Assembly: GCA_963789395.1 (NCBI GenBank) | Contig: CAWBKP010000009.1 | Span: 68,234-132,233 of the forward strand | DNA from: an uncultured delta proteobacterium | Lineage (GTDB): Bacteria > Desulfobacterota > Desulfobacteria > Desulfobacterales > Desulfatirhabdiaceae | Reading direction: 5' to 3' | Length of the DNA stretch: 64,000 nucleotides | Shown: one piece after another, positions 10,309-22,446 of the stretch | Position numbering within the stretch: the stretch's first letter is position 1 | How the letters are laid out: each line of letters opens with the position of its first letter | Position numbers and translations under genes: made by a program | Notes under the pieces: model-generated | Told to the model about the DNA's origin: nothing | Seen by the model: the letters and a program-made list of their open reading frames with translations, nothing else | The model's database searches: none

Positions 10309-12685
10309 TTATCCGATGCAAACCCGGTTAACCTCTTTCATATCCGTGAATCCCTGAATCAGCTTGACAATCGCATCCTGCTTGAGCGTGGTCATGCCTT
10401 CCTTGGCGGCCTGATGAAAAAGATCTTCGGCAGAGGCCTGCTTTTTGATCATGCGCTTGATTTCCTTGGTGCCTTCCATCAGCTCGTGAATTCCCATCCG
10501 GCCCTTGTATCCGCTTCCCGCGCAGATATCACAGCCAACCGTGCGATACAGGACAAGCTCCGGCGTATGGGTGATGCCGGTGAGCGCAAAGGCTTCACGG
10601 CCATACGCATCAACAATGTCGTTGAATTCTTCCTCGGACGGGTGATAGGATTGACGGCAACTGCTGCAAAGGGTTCTGACGAGCCGCTGCGCCAGAACGC
10701 CTAAAAATGCATCGGAAAAATTCAGGGGATTCAGCCCCATGTCCAGGAGCCGGGTAATGGTCTCCGGCGCGCTGTTGGTGTGAAGGGTTGAAAATACCAG
10801 ATGGCCGGTCAAAGATGCCTCGATGCCGGTGGATGCCGTCTCTTCATCGCGCATTTCGCCGATCATGATCACATCGGGATCTGCGCGCAGAAAGGATCGC
10901 ATGACTCTGGCAAAATCCAGGCCGATTCGAGGCTTGACCTCAACCTGCCGCAGTCCTGCCTGGGTGATTTCAACCGGATCCTCGGCAGTCCAGATTTTGA
11001 TGCCGGGCTTGTTGATGTGTCCCAGCGCCGCATGAAGGGTGGTTGTTTTCCCTGATCCGGTCGGGCCCACCACCAGAATCATGCCGTAAGGCTGGACCAG
11101 TATTTTTTCCATGATCTTCAAATTCCGATCATTCAAGCCCATCTGATCCATCTTCATGGCCCCGGCCTTGGCCAGAATTCTAAGGACCGCATCTTCAAAT
11201 CCGCCGGTTGTGGGAATGGTGGCCACGCGAAGTTCAAAGGGCTGAATCCCTTTTCTGCGAAACTTGATTTTTCCATCCTGAGGCAGCCGTCGCTCGGATA
11301 TATCCAGATTGCACATGATCTTGATCCGCGAGAGAATGCCTTTTGCCATGGTGTTGGGAACTTTCAGATAGTCCTGGCAGACGCCGTCCATGCGAAACCG
11401 GATGCCGGTTTTATTGGTCACCGGGGAAGGTTCGATATGAATGTCCGAAACCCCTGTCCGATACGCCGTAACCAGGACCTGATCCACCAGACGGACAACC
11501 TGGCTGGCGGATTCATCCAGCGATTCCATAACCTCTTCCGCATCTTCTTCAAAAACGACATCCGGGACGAGTCTCATCCAGATCGAGCGAGGATTCCATG
11601 GAATCCGCGCTCTGTTCCTGCTCGTAAAACCGTTTGATATATTGCTCGATATCTTCTTTTATCCCCACCGAAAGATGAATATTGGGCATCTTGATCAGCG
11701 CTTTGATGTGATCGGTTTTCCGGATATCCTTGGGATCATCCACAATGATATCGATACTGCTTTTTCCCCCAGCTTAGTGGAACCCATACATCGTGCAAGC
11801 AGAAACGATTTTTTTAAACTGCGAATCAGTTCAAAGGGAACCGGATGGTTGGGATCAAACGCTTTAAACGGCACGCCGTAAAACAGGGAAAGCGATTTTC
11901 CGATATCGCTTTTTTTCAACTGAAATTCTTCGATCAAAACATGTCTCTACGCTTTTTCGCGTCTTTTGAGAACTGACCAGCGCCTTCTGAAGTTGTCCCG
12001 GGGTAACCATTTTTTCCTGAATCAGGTAATCGTAACGGGATCCTGGCAACATCTGCGCCATCAGGGCATTGAGTCTCTGTTCAACTTCACTGACCCCGGG
12101 CGCCATCATCAGGGATGGCTTTATAAAATTCAATCGCCGTATCCTTATGTCCCCGTTTTTCCATATCAAGACCCATGTCGGAAACGAGTTTGGCTTTCTG
12201 GGACGTTTCGATATCCAGTTGATCAATAAGGGGGGAAAGATGCTCCGCAACCTGGCCCGGAGAATTAAAAAGAAACAGACAATCCATGAAGCGGGGCAAC
12301 AGATCCGCGGTAAACGGACTTTTCTTAAATGCTTTTTCATACTCGCCGGCGGATTCTTTGACAAGCCCCAGTTCCCTGAGCGCGGCAGCGCTTTCGATAA
12401 GGGTTTCAATGGTCTCTTCGGCCGGACTGCCCTGTAAGAATGGAAAGCTCCCTTGGAGAGACCTTGCCGACACCTTCTTTTTCCAGTTCGTGAAGTCTGA
12501 GATCGCAAAGATGCCATTCTGTTTTGAATCTCCTGCTCCTTCTGGGAGTCCGGTATCTGGAAATCGGAAAGCAGATGCTGATAGGTGTCAAGACTGGCAT
12601 CCAGAAGTCCCATGGACTGATATACCTCAGCCTCATGAATTTTGGCGTTTATTTCTGACATGGATAAGATGGAATTTGTACTCAC
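10309..12685 (-). CDS. PilB/GspE-family secretion ATPase with N-terminal TPR-like region (frameshifted across ORFs 11864-12685, 12087-12473, 11695-11937, 11549-11743, 10309-11577)
   Basis: SDIHIEP, RLPQDG, GPTGSGKTTT, EDPVE, LRADPDVIMIGEMRD, TLHTN, CxxC...CxxC. Confidence 0.85.
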
Positions 12686-15118
12686 GGTTTCAGTACCTCG
12701 GCCAGCAGTTTGGACAATCTGGCAATTTCAAAAGGTTTGACAATATATCCCTTAATCACATTCCGGAGATGGGGCGGAACCCCGTCAGGCCCTTCCGCCT
12801 CATAGCCGGATGCAATGATGATCCGGGCGGCACGGGTCCATCTCAAGAATCTTTGTGGCGGCTGCAACACCATCCATCACCGGCATGTTGCGATCCATCA
12901 AAACAAGATCCGGCCGGCAGACCGGATAAAGAGTCACGGCTTCCTGGCCCGATGTGGCAATCGAAACGATATATCCGTTGTTTTCCAGCAAATCTTTCAA
13001 AATTCCGAATATGGTTTCATCATCGTCCACAATCAGGATTTTTTCTCCCTGGCCGGGAGTCACAATATCGTCACACGGATATGACTGCGGCTCATGAGCC
13101 ATCGGACAGGGAAGGGTCACGGTAAAAACAGTCCCCAGACCGGGCTGGGAAAACACCTGAATGTCGCCGCCATAATTGCTGCACAATGCCGTAAGCGGTT
13201 GAAAGTCCCAGTCCGGTTCCCTGACCCGCCTCCTTTGTTGTAAAAAACGGATCGAAAACTCTTCTGGCGGTTTCTTCCGTCATGCCGCAACCGGTATCCG
13301 AAACCCGAATGATGATCTGCTGATCGCCTTCCCTGGCTTCAATATGAAGGGTTCCCCCCTCTGGCATGGCATCCCGTGCATTGGTAAACAGGTTTATAAA
13401 TACCTGAGCTCAGTTCCGACGGGTCCCCTTCAACGGCGATCAACTGTGGCCATTTTTTTTGAATCTTGATGTGCTTGCTGAATGAGGTTGAAATAATCTG
13501 GCAACATTCCTGGAGCGTATCGGACAAATTAAAGATGCGTTTGGGCCCTCGGGGCTCCATGCGTGAAAATTTCATCAGGCCGGAAATCAGATCCGACCCG
13601 TTCCGGGCGATATTGATGATCCCGCTGGTGCATTTTTGAATTTCGGCGATATCCTGATATTTCAAACGGATCAATTCCGCATTGCCCAGGATTCCGGCCA
13701 GGATGTTTCGAAAATTATGGGAAAGCCCCGCGGATATCTCCCCCATGAATTTCATCCGCTGGGAATGCAGCAGCTGATCCTGCAGCTTGTTTTTTTCAGC
13801 AAGCGACATTTCATAATCAAATGCCTTGGCCAGAGAATCCGTTGCCATCCGCATCAGATGGATTTCCGGCTCCTTCCAGGGAACTTCCCTGAAGCAATTG
13901 TCAAATCCGATAAACCCTTCAAAACGGCCTTTCATCAGCAGCGGCATAATCAAGTATCGAACGAATTCCCAAAGACTTGCAGAAAGCGGCTTTCAGACTC
14001 CGGGAATTCCTTGACAGCCCCGGCAATGATGCGATCGGCGGAAAGCTCCGAATGCCACCTTGAAAACCCCGCACTATAATAAATCTGCCGCAGGTCCGCC
14101 AGCGCCGACTGAGAGCATACGCCCTCGGCGCACCATTCGGCTTTCAAGCTCATCCAGACATTTCCGGATGGATCCCGGGAGTTCTGATACCAGTAGGACC
14201 GGCTTGCCCCTGCTGCCCTGCCCATGATTTCCAGAACACTGAACACCTGCTCATGCGCGTTCTCCCGCTTCAAGAGCATGGACGCCACGCGCGCGGCTGA
14301 TTCCAGATACCCGTGAAGCTTTTCCAGCCGGGTCACATCGACCATCAGCACCAGTCCGCCCTGCCAGGACCCATCCTGGGAATTCTTCAGATGGGATATA
14401 TTCAGATTCAGTATTTTGTCCTGAGTATGAACGGTCAGATAACCGGATATGTCCTGATTTTCATCGCCGGGTTCAAGGCGTTTTTGAAGCATTGCATGAT
14501 AGTCTTTTTCAAACTGATCCTCTACAAGATTCCCCAGAATCAGACTGATGGGTTTTTCCAGAAGAATCTCGGCAGCGGGATTGGCGCTGAGAATCCGAAA
14601 ATCAATATCATACACAAGAAGACCGGCCTGCAGATTTTCAAGCACCTGAAGGATGTGCTGGCGATTGTTCAGAAGCTCTTCGACGATTTTCCGGCTTCTC
14701 AGGCTCTGATCCGTAATCAGGGCCGGCTACGGCTTTTCCGGAACTGTGCACGAACGGATTTGTTGAGACAGATCAGAATCTGCTGCCGGAAGGAATTGAT
14801 ATTGCTTTTGGTGATGAAATAATCCGCCGCGATCTGTTCATGCCCGAATATTCCAGAATGGCTCCTGAAACGACCACAATCACCATTGGAGCAAAAGCAG
14901 GATTGTCCCGGACATACCGGATAAGCTGCTCGCCGGATATTTTCGGCATGATCAGATCCGTAAACAACACATCCGGCGGATTGCGCTGAATCTCTGAAAG
15001 CGCTTCTTTTCCATCCCTTGCCGTCCGGACATGATAGCCTTCCTGCGATAAGAATATCCCTGAGGATATCCAGAAATTTGCGATCATTATCCACCAGAAG
15101 GGCATTTTGTTGAATCAT
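12682..15118 (-). CDS. hybrid sensor histidine kinase REC-PAS-GAF-HisKA-HATPase-REC (multiple frameshifts)
   Basis: REC FTDLIMP, PAS-like [32 protein letters not shown]-box, [21 protein letters not shown]-terminal REC LMDRNMP. Confidence 0.85.
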
Positions 15119-15201
15119 GAGAAAACCCGTATTCGTATCCGGCAAGACGAAGGAAAATACAAACGGACCAAACAGGCCGTTTAAGGAGATGATTCGGACA
15201 G

Positions 15202-15891
15202 TTATCTTTCTTTTCGCCACAATTTGAGTTCCGCCCGAATGGCGCCAAACTCCGCCTGAATGGTTTTTTTCATTTCTTCGACGGCATAAAGAAATGCTTC
15301 ATGGGGCGGCATCGTTTCGTGTTCCGACACGGACTTGCCCTGCGGCGGCGGTTCTGCCTCACTGGAACAGAATAGCCGAACGGTTTATCCGCATTCCTGA
15401 AATAATCCCCGGATGCGGATTTTACAGGCTCGGTCAGTTTTTCCTTAAGCTTTTTGAACTGTGCGATTTCATCGGCAAGAATGTTTCGTCTGGCGGTTTC
15501 CGATACGCCTTTGGAGAGTAAGAGGATTTCCAGATCACGGTAAATGGATTGGAGCAGTCGGATGGAATCCGGGTGGGTCTGCGCTTTTTTTTGCAGAATA
15601 TACTTTCCAATCGCTTCCAGCAATTGAAGGCATTTGAGCACAATGCCATCATCCTTGAGAACGGTTTTCAGCCGGTGCAATTCCTGAATAAACTCTGTCA
15701 AAATGGCGATCACTGATCTCCCAGTCCATGGACAAAACAATGGATTTCAATGTCGTCAGCGGCGACGCCACGCGACTGTCATCAGCCGGTACAGCCGATG
15801 CCAACCCGGATGAACTGTCATCCGGATTCAAAATCTCATCCATCCGTTTATCAGCCTCCGGGTTGCCGGTATCGACATTTTCTGCGCTCAT
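15202..15891 (-). CDS. hypothetical helical protein downstream of mglA (frameshifted)
   Basis: continuous coding signal LKSIVLSMDWEISD...GKYI...HPDSIRLL...AELKLWRKER* across ORFs 15649-15891 and 15270-15740. Confidence 0.6.
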
Positions 15892-15906
15892 GAATGCTTC
15901 TCCAAT

Positions 15907-16510
15907 TTAAAAACCCTTCTGAAAAGATGCCAGGGTCATGGCGATGATTTTTTTAAGCGTCATCACCACATTGTCCCCTTTAATGGCGCTGGCGGGAATT
16001 GAAGGAACTTTAAGCTTGCCGTTCAGATCATTTTCCATCATCGCAAGGGGCATGACGGGGATTCCCTGACTCTCCAGATCTCTTTTGTTGTACTGAATAA
16101 TCAGGGGAATTTGATAAATATCTTTTTTATGCAGCCGCCAGATTCTCCTGAAGGTTTTTCAGGGATATCAGGTTTTGTTCCCGCTGGACAGACAAAGAAT
16201 CCGCAACAAACACCACGGCATCCACGCCTTTTAAAACCAGCCTCCGGGTGGCGTCGTATTTCACCTGGCCCGGCACGGTATAAAGCTGCATGCGAACCGA
16301 ATATCCCTTGATCTTGCCCACATCAAACGGAACAAAATCAAAAAAAAGGGTGCGATCTCCATGCGTTTTGATGCTGACCATCTCAGAGGGGATCCGATCC
16401 CGAAACTGCTGGTAGATATATTCCAGGTTGGTGGTTTTTCCACATCGCCCAGGCCCGTAATAAACGATTTTGGCCTGAACTTCTTTATTTTTCATATTGA
16501 TGAATGCCAA
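15907..16510 (-). CDS. mglA: MglA-family small GTPase (frameshift near 16130)
   Basis: KIVYYGPGRCGKTTNL, DRTLFFD, YTVPGQ, VFVADS; QYNKRDL in the downstream frame. Confidence 0.9.
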
Positions 16511-16529
16511 TACAGAAACTCCCTTCTGA

Positions 16530-16994
16530 TTAAGCCGTCAACATCCCGGGCATCATCCGGACGATGATTTGCCAGATTCGTCGGATTTTTTGAATGACAT
16601 CCGCCACTTTCATCCGTAAAAGGCCAAGAGAAATTTTTTTTCCGAATACCGTGATAATCAGCAATTCATCGTTCACTTTGCTGAAGTATAAACTTTCAGT
16701 TTCGCCTTTATGAAAGAGCAGGGCAAATTCTTCCTGACCCACGATTTTCGCCATTGCCTCAACAGCCCCGAAATTGGCAGCGGAAAGGGCTGCCAGTGAA
16801 TATACGTCGATCCGGGAAAGTCCATTATCCCCTTTTGCGATGATATTACCGGCAAAGTCAATCAGTAAGGCGCAGTGTACACCGCTGGCAATAAGATCGG
16901 ACTGCAGAATCCGTTCAATTTTTTCCAGCTGGTCCTGGCCCAGCGCATATTCCATCAAGCTAATTGATTTTTCATGATGAGGAGTCACCGCCAC
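16530..16994 (-). CDS. mglB: MglB-like roadblock/LC7 protein (GTPase regulator)
   Basis: ALLIDFAGNII, SLAALSAANFGA, F..LFHKG, SLGLLR; directly upstream of mglA; start may be 16955. Confidence 0.85.
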   Translation of the reverse strand: MAVTPHHEKSISLMEYALGQDQLEKIERILQSDLIASGVHCALLIDFAGNIIAKGDNGLSRIDVYSLAALSAANFGAVEAMAKIVGQEEFALLFHKGETESLYFSKVNDELLIITVFGKKISLGLLRMKVADVIQKIRRIWQIIVRMMPGMLTA

Positions 16995-17309
16995 TATCCT
17001 CCAGCCAATGATGTTGGTTTACAACCGTATTTCCTGAAATCATGCATTATCCATCGAAATATATGCCAATGCATGAATTCTGTAACTGAAACGAACCGGT
17101 TAATCAAGGAGTTTTCAATAGAAATCAACCGGCAATGCCAAAATGCATTTAATTATGTCATGTCTCAATGCGATCAACTGATCACGCAGCTCTCAGAAAT
17201 CTCAATTATTTTTTTATTTTCATCCAGTTTAATATTGCTATTCCGATCGGACTCTGGATAAATAGGTCGATATGTGATTCATCATGTTGACATTACTAAA
17301 GGAGAGCCC

Positions 17310-18860
17310 ATGGAATCATCTGAATTGCTTGAGAAACTCCAGCAAAAGCAGTTGCTGGCCCTTGCAGGAGGGGGAGAGGACAAAATCCGAAAACAGCATG
17401 AAGCCGGCAAACTGACTGCCCGTGAGCGGATATCCCGGCTGCTGGATCCAGATACCTTTGTTGAAGTCGATCGTTTCAAGGCCCACAGATGCAGCGATTT
17501 TGACATGGCTGATAAGAATTTTCCGGGAGACGGCGTCGTCACCGGATACGGCATGATCCACGGCAGACAGACCTTTGTTTTTGCACAGGATTTCACGGTT
17601 TTGGGCGGCTCCCTGTCACAGGCCCATGCGGAAAAAATCTGTAAAATCATGAAAACCGCCATGAAAACCGGATCACCGGTCATCGGCCTGTGCGACTCGG
17701 GGGGTGCCCGAATTCAGGAAGGAGTTATGAGCCTGGCCGGTTATGGCGATATTTTCCTGCTCAATGTCATGGCTTCAGGCGTGGTGCCGCAGATTACCGC
17801 GATCATGGGGCCTTCGGCCGGCGGCGCGGTTTACAGCCCGGCACTGACCGACTGGATTTTCATGGTTGAAAAAACAGGCCATATGTTCATCACCGGCCCG
17901 GAAGTCATCAAGGCTGTTACCCGTGAAGTTGTCAGCAAGGATGACCTGGGAGGCGCCATGGCACACAATGCCAAAAGCGGCGTGGCCCACTTTTCCGCGC
18001 CCGATGACAGCGCCTGCCTGGAAATGATCCGCGAGCTGATGTCGTTTCTTCCCCAGAACAATATGGAAGATCCGCCCCGATCCGCCACTCAGGATGACCC
18101 CTCGCGCCTGGATGAATCCCTGCGCGATGTGGTTCCGGCTGATCCCAACAAGCCATATGACATTCGTCAGATTATTCGATCCAATATGGATGACCGGTAT
18201 TTTTTTGAGGTTCATCAGCACTGGGCCAAAAATATCGTGATCGGCTTCGGCCGTCTGGACGGCATGCCCGTCGGGGTTGTCGCCAATCAGCCCAGCGTCA
18301 TGGCCGGATGCCTGGATATCGACGCATCCATCAAGGGTGCCCGGTTTGTCCGATTCTGCGATGCTTTCAACATTCCGATCATCGTCTATGAAGATGTGCC
18401 GGGTTTTCTTCCCGGAACCCACCAGGAACATGGCGGCATCATCAAACATGGCGCAAAACTCATTTACGCCTTCTGCGAGGCGACGGTTCCCCGGATCACC
18501 GTTATCACCCGAAAAGCCTATGGCGGAGCGTATATTGTCATGAATTCCAAACATATCCGAGGGGATATCAATCTGGCCTATCCCGGCGCCGAAATTGCCG
18601 TCATGGGCGCGGATGGCGCGGTCAACATCATTTGCAGAAAAGATATCAAAGCGTCATCGGATCCCGAGGATGAACGTCAGCGGCGGATCGCGGATTACCG
18701 GGAGAAGTTTTCCAACCCTTACCGGGCTGCGGAACTGGGCTATATCGATGATGTCATTGATCCTGCGGAAACCCGGCCGCAGCTGATTCAATCCCTTAAG
18801 ATGCTGAGAACCAAAAGGGATATCAATCCGCCTAAAAAACATGGGAATATCCCGCTTTAG
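17310..18860 (+). CDS. mmdA: acyl-CoA carboxyltransferase (methylmalonyl-CoA decarboxylase alpha-like)
   Basis: GKLTARER, DSGGARIQEG, DVPGFLPG, RKAYGGAY, KKHGNIPL; clustered with beta, gamma/delta and biotin carrier genes. Confidence 0.85.
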   Translation: MESSELLEKLQQKQLLALAGGGEDKIRKQHEAGKLTARERISRLLDPDTFVEVDRFKAHRCSDFDMADKNFPGDGVVTGYGMIHGRQTFVFAQDFTVLGGSLSQAHAEKICKIMKTAMKTGSPVIGLCDSGGARIQEGVMSLAGYGDIFLLNVMASGVVPQITAIMGPSAGGAVYSPALTDWIFMVEKTGHMFITGPEVIKAVTREVVSKDDLGGAMAHNAKSGVAHFSAPDDSACLEMIRELMSFLPQNNMEDPPRSATQDDPSRLDESLRDVVPADPNKPYDIRQIIRSNMDDRYFFEVHQHWAKNIVIGFGRLDGMPVGVVANQPSVMAGCLDIDASIKGARFVRFCDAFNIPIIVYEDVPGFLPGTHQEHGGIIKHGAKLIYAFCEATVPRITVITRKAYGGAYIVMNSKHIRGDINLAYPGAEIAVMGADGAVNIICRKDIKASSDPEDERQRRIADYREKFSNPYRAAELGYIDDVIDPAETRPQLIQSLKMLRTKRDINPPKKHGNIPL

Positions 18861-18878
18861 ATAAGGAGATTACAGAAA

Positions 18879-20027
18879 ATGTCCTGGGAACAGCTGGTTG
18901 AACTGATTCGAAACATTTTATTCACCCAAACCGGAATCCCCAATCTGTCGGGCGGCAATGTACTGATGATCTGCGTCGGACTTGCTCTTTCTTTACCTTG
19001 CCATTGCAAAGGATTATGAGCCGCTGCTGCTGCTTCCGATCGGATTCGGCATTTTCATCGTCAATTTCCCGCTTACGCCACTGATGGGCTATACGGAGCA
19101 TGGAACGCCGGATCTGATCCGGGCATTTTACAAATACGGGGTCGAGTGGGAAATCATCCCCTGCGTTATATTTCTGGGGCTTGGCGCCATGACGGACTTC
19201 GGGCCGCTGATTGCCAATCCCAAAACCCTGATCATCGGAGCCGGAGCGCAATTGGGTGTATTCGTGACCTATATCGGAACCCTGTTCTTTGGATTCACGC
19301 TGAAGGAAGCCGCGTCCGTCGGGATTATCGGCGGTGCGGACGGCCCAACGACGATTTACCTGACCACCAAGCTGGCGCCTCACCTGCTCGGCGCAAACGC
19401 GCTGGCCGCATATTCTTACATGGCCATGGTTCCTTTGATTCAGCCTCCCATCATGCGATGGATGACAACGCTTTCTCAGCGCCGGATCCGGATGCGTCAG
19501 CTCAGGCCCGTATCCTCAAGGGAAAAACTGCTCTTTCCGCTGATCGCAACCGTATTGATTGTCCTGCTGATTCCGGCTGTTGCGCCGCTCATGGGCATGT
19601 TCATGTTCGGCAATCTGATGCGGGAAAGCGGGGTGGTAAAACGCCTCTCGGATACGGCCCAGAATGCCCTGATGAACATCGTGACCATTTTTCTGGGGCT
19701 TTCGGTGGGGGCCACCATGCAGGCGGAGGTTTTTTTAAACTGGAAACCCATGCTGATTTTTGCCTTTGGTCTTCTGGATTTTGTGGTATGCACCATTGGC
19801 GGAATTCTGACGGTCCATATCATGAATCTGTTCCTGAAGGAAAAAATGAATCCGCTGATCGGCTCCGCCGGGGTCTCGGCCGTACCCATGTCGGCCCGGG
19901 TGTCGCATTCGAAGGACTTAAGGCAGATCCGGACAACTGGCTGATCATGCATGCCATGGGGCCCAATCTGGCAGGCGTCATCGGATCCGCGGCGGCAGCA
20001 GGCATGTTTATTGCCATGTTTCAATAG
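18879..20027 (+). CDS. mmdB: Na+-translocating decarboxylase beta subunit (frameshifts near 18985 and 19910)
   Basis: [61 protein letters not shown]. Confidence 0.92.
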
Positions 20028-20039
20028 AAGGAGGCCATC

Positions 20040-21003
20040 ATGATATCCCATTATTTCAGCCTGTCCGCATGGTATGGCTTATCGATCGCGGCGTTATTGC
20101 CGCTAGTTCATCCAGAATGAATCTCTGGCCGCAATTGGAGAAGACGCTGAAAAACCCGTCCCCATGTTTTCCCGTGCGGGGAAAACCATAACAGCCAAAC
20201 TGATTCCCAGAGCCAAAAGCACAAGCATCTTGATTGATTTCAATACGGCCCATGGCAACCTGAGCGGATGTCAAGGCCATTGAATTTGAAGCCCTCCAGA
20301 CACCGGATGTGGACATTAAAGAATTCAAATCCTCATTTTTCGATGTAACGATCGAGGAGGTTTCCGCCGGGCTCTGAATAGTCGAATTCGTCATTTCATC
20401 TTCGTTTTTTTCGGTTTCAACCGAATACTGGATTTACAATTCAAAGAAGCAGGCAAAATGGTTTAATTCCGGAATAAAGTCAGAAAATGGAGCAGACGAT
20501 TCCAATCAATTCGTCATTCGGGTCATGGATGGCGGGGAATTGGACAGCGATGGAATCGTGGACGGCCGGATTCAAATTATCGGGGGACCCAAAGATTATT
20601 TTTGGAGTTATGCCATCGGGACTCTGGTTGTCCGTTTATTCGGCATTTTCCTGGTGTTGTCGATGCTGATGATCGGCATGCTGGCTGCCGGACAAGTCTT
20701 TATCGCCATAGCTAAAAGACATACCCGACTTGCCGCCCCATCGTCTAAGCCCTCCCAACCGGCGCCTGCGCAGCGAGCAGAACCGCTCAACCACCCAGGC
20801 TACTCCCATCCGCACCGGACCCGGACACGGTTGCAGCCATAGCGACAGCACTTCATCTGCATCTGGCTCCGGAAAAATCCCGAGAAACTATTGACGCCAT
20901 AAAGACCGATCAGAATTCATGGGTTCAGTATGGCCGTGCAGATATTCAAAACGCACGGTTTCAAACCTTTCTGCGGCCGGTCAATCCCAAAAACCACTTT
21001 TGA
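20040..21003 (+). CDS. OadG/MmdD-like decarboxylase subunit with long N-terminal extracytoplasmic domain (frameshifted)
   Basis: TM GIFLVLSMLM, Pro/Ala linker, VAAIATALHLH, SWVQYGR; preceded by a signal-like segment and a ~150-aa domain. Confidence 0.7.
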
Positions 21004-21073
21004 TCTTACCGGTAGGGATGAATGATCAACAATACGGATCCGATTTCATCCGAACCGATCACGAGGCAATCCA

Positions 21074-21532
21074 ATGAAATACAACCTTGAAATCAATAAG
21101 AAAAACTTTGATGTCACCATCGGCGGCATTGTCGGAAATACGGCCCAAGTTCAGGTAAACGGGCAAGCCTATGAAGTTCGTATCGGCAACCTGACAAAGC
21201 CGGCCATACGGCCGACCACCGTCCATCCGGCGGCCACGGCCCAGACGATAAGAACACCGGCCCCTGCCGCCCCCCCTCAAAAACCCGAAGCATCCCCCCC
21301 GCCTGTCGCGCAAGGTATGGGCGAACCCATTTTAGCCCCGATCCCCGGTTTGATTCTGGAAATCAAGGTGAAAATCGGTGACACAGTAAGTGCCGGTCAA
21401 TCTATCGCCGTGCTGGAGGCGATGAAAATGGAAAACAGCCTGACCACCCATGTTGCCGGCACAGTAAAGGAAATCCGGGTTGAAAAGGGCAGCGAGGTCT
21501 CGACCGGGGATATCATTATGGTTGTCGGATAG
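21074..21532 (+). CDS. biotin carboxyl carrier protein of the decarboxylase
   Basis: APIPG, LEAMKMEN biotinylation motif, Pro/Ala linker. Confidence 0.93.
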   Translation: MKYNLEINKKNFDVTIGGIVGNTAQVQVNGQAYEVRIGNLTKPAIRPTTVHPAATAQTIRTPAPAAPPQKPEASPPPVAQGMGEPILAPIPGLILEIKVKIGDTVSAGQSIAVLEAMKMENSLTTHVAGTVKEIRVEKGSEVSTGDIIMVVG

Positions 21533-21663
21533 TCTTGTGTGAAGCTGAATGCCGATTTCCGGCACAAGCCGTATCCACTGCTCGAAAAGCCGGCCGTCCT
21601 GACAACGGCGGCCGGCAACTTTGTCCTCATAGTCAGCGACGGTGAAGATTCATATACCTCCAT

Positions 21664-22446
21664 TTACAGGCTGCCATAGGCATTCCGAATAACAGAAACC
21701 CCGTATTTTCGTTCAAGACGGCGCACAACGAAATGTCCATGGGCCATATTCTGAAAATGGTCAATAAACAACGTATTGATAAGTGCCCCGCCAACCGCGC
21801 CAATTGCCGGTAAAGCCTGGACAGCTGCTTTCTCGGAAACCTGGATACTGAATCGTTCCGCAACTTGAAAGATAAGTCGAACAAGTGCCGGCACACCTTC
21901 TTCGGCAATTCCCTTTTCCGCGATATACTCGGCGGCTTTTGTTACAGACTTTGCCAATGCCGCGCGAACGGCAAAATACCCTGTACCCGCACCGTCATCT
22001 CCCTTGCTTAAGCCCCCCAAAGCAAAGACTTCGATGCAGGCCATTTTGGATTCGCCGCTGTTGATGCGCTCTCCCTCACTTCTGGCAATATCGGCAATAG
22101 ACCGTAACATGATTGTCGTGGATACGGGAAGCTCTGCCGCCAATGCCGGCAGCCCAAAGAAACCGCCGATACCGCCTGTTGCCGCAACCGCCAATTTATG
22201 CCATAAATTTGAAGATTCCCGTCTTGGCTGAATATCCATCGTCAGGACAGCCGCATTGACGGACATGAACAAAACAGCCCTGGTTACCGCGCCAATCGCT
22301 GCATTCCAATTCTTTGGAAGGAGTTCGAACCCTCTTTGAATCGAGCTTCCAAGAAAATCCGTTATTTTCGCGGCAATCCCCGGATTCTCCAAGAGCCATT
22401 TGGCGGTCTTCAAATCTTCCATATCTTCCGGTTGAATCGTCATCAT
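21664..22446 (-). CDS. EcsC-family protein
   Basis: LENPG, ATGGIGGFFG, ELPVSTTIMLRSIADIARSEG, GHFVVRRLERKYG. Confidence 0.8.
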   Translation of the reverse strand: MMTIQPEDMEDLKTAKWLLENPGIAAKITDFLGSSIQRGFELLPKNWNAAIGAVTRAVLFMSVNAAVLTMDIQPRRESSNLWHKLAVAATGGIGGFFGLPALAAELPVSTTIMLRSIADIARSEGERINSGESKMACIEVFALGGLSKGDDGAGTGYFAVRAALAKSVTKAAEYIAEKGIAEEGVPALVRLIFQVAERFSIQVSEKAAVQALPAIGAVGGALINTLFIDHFQNMAHGHFVVRRLERKYGVSVIRNAYGSL

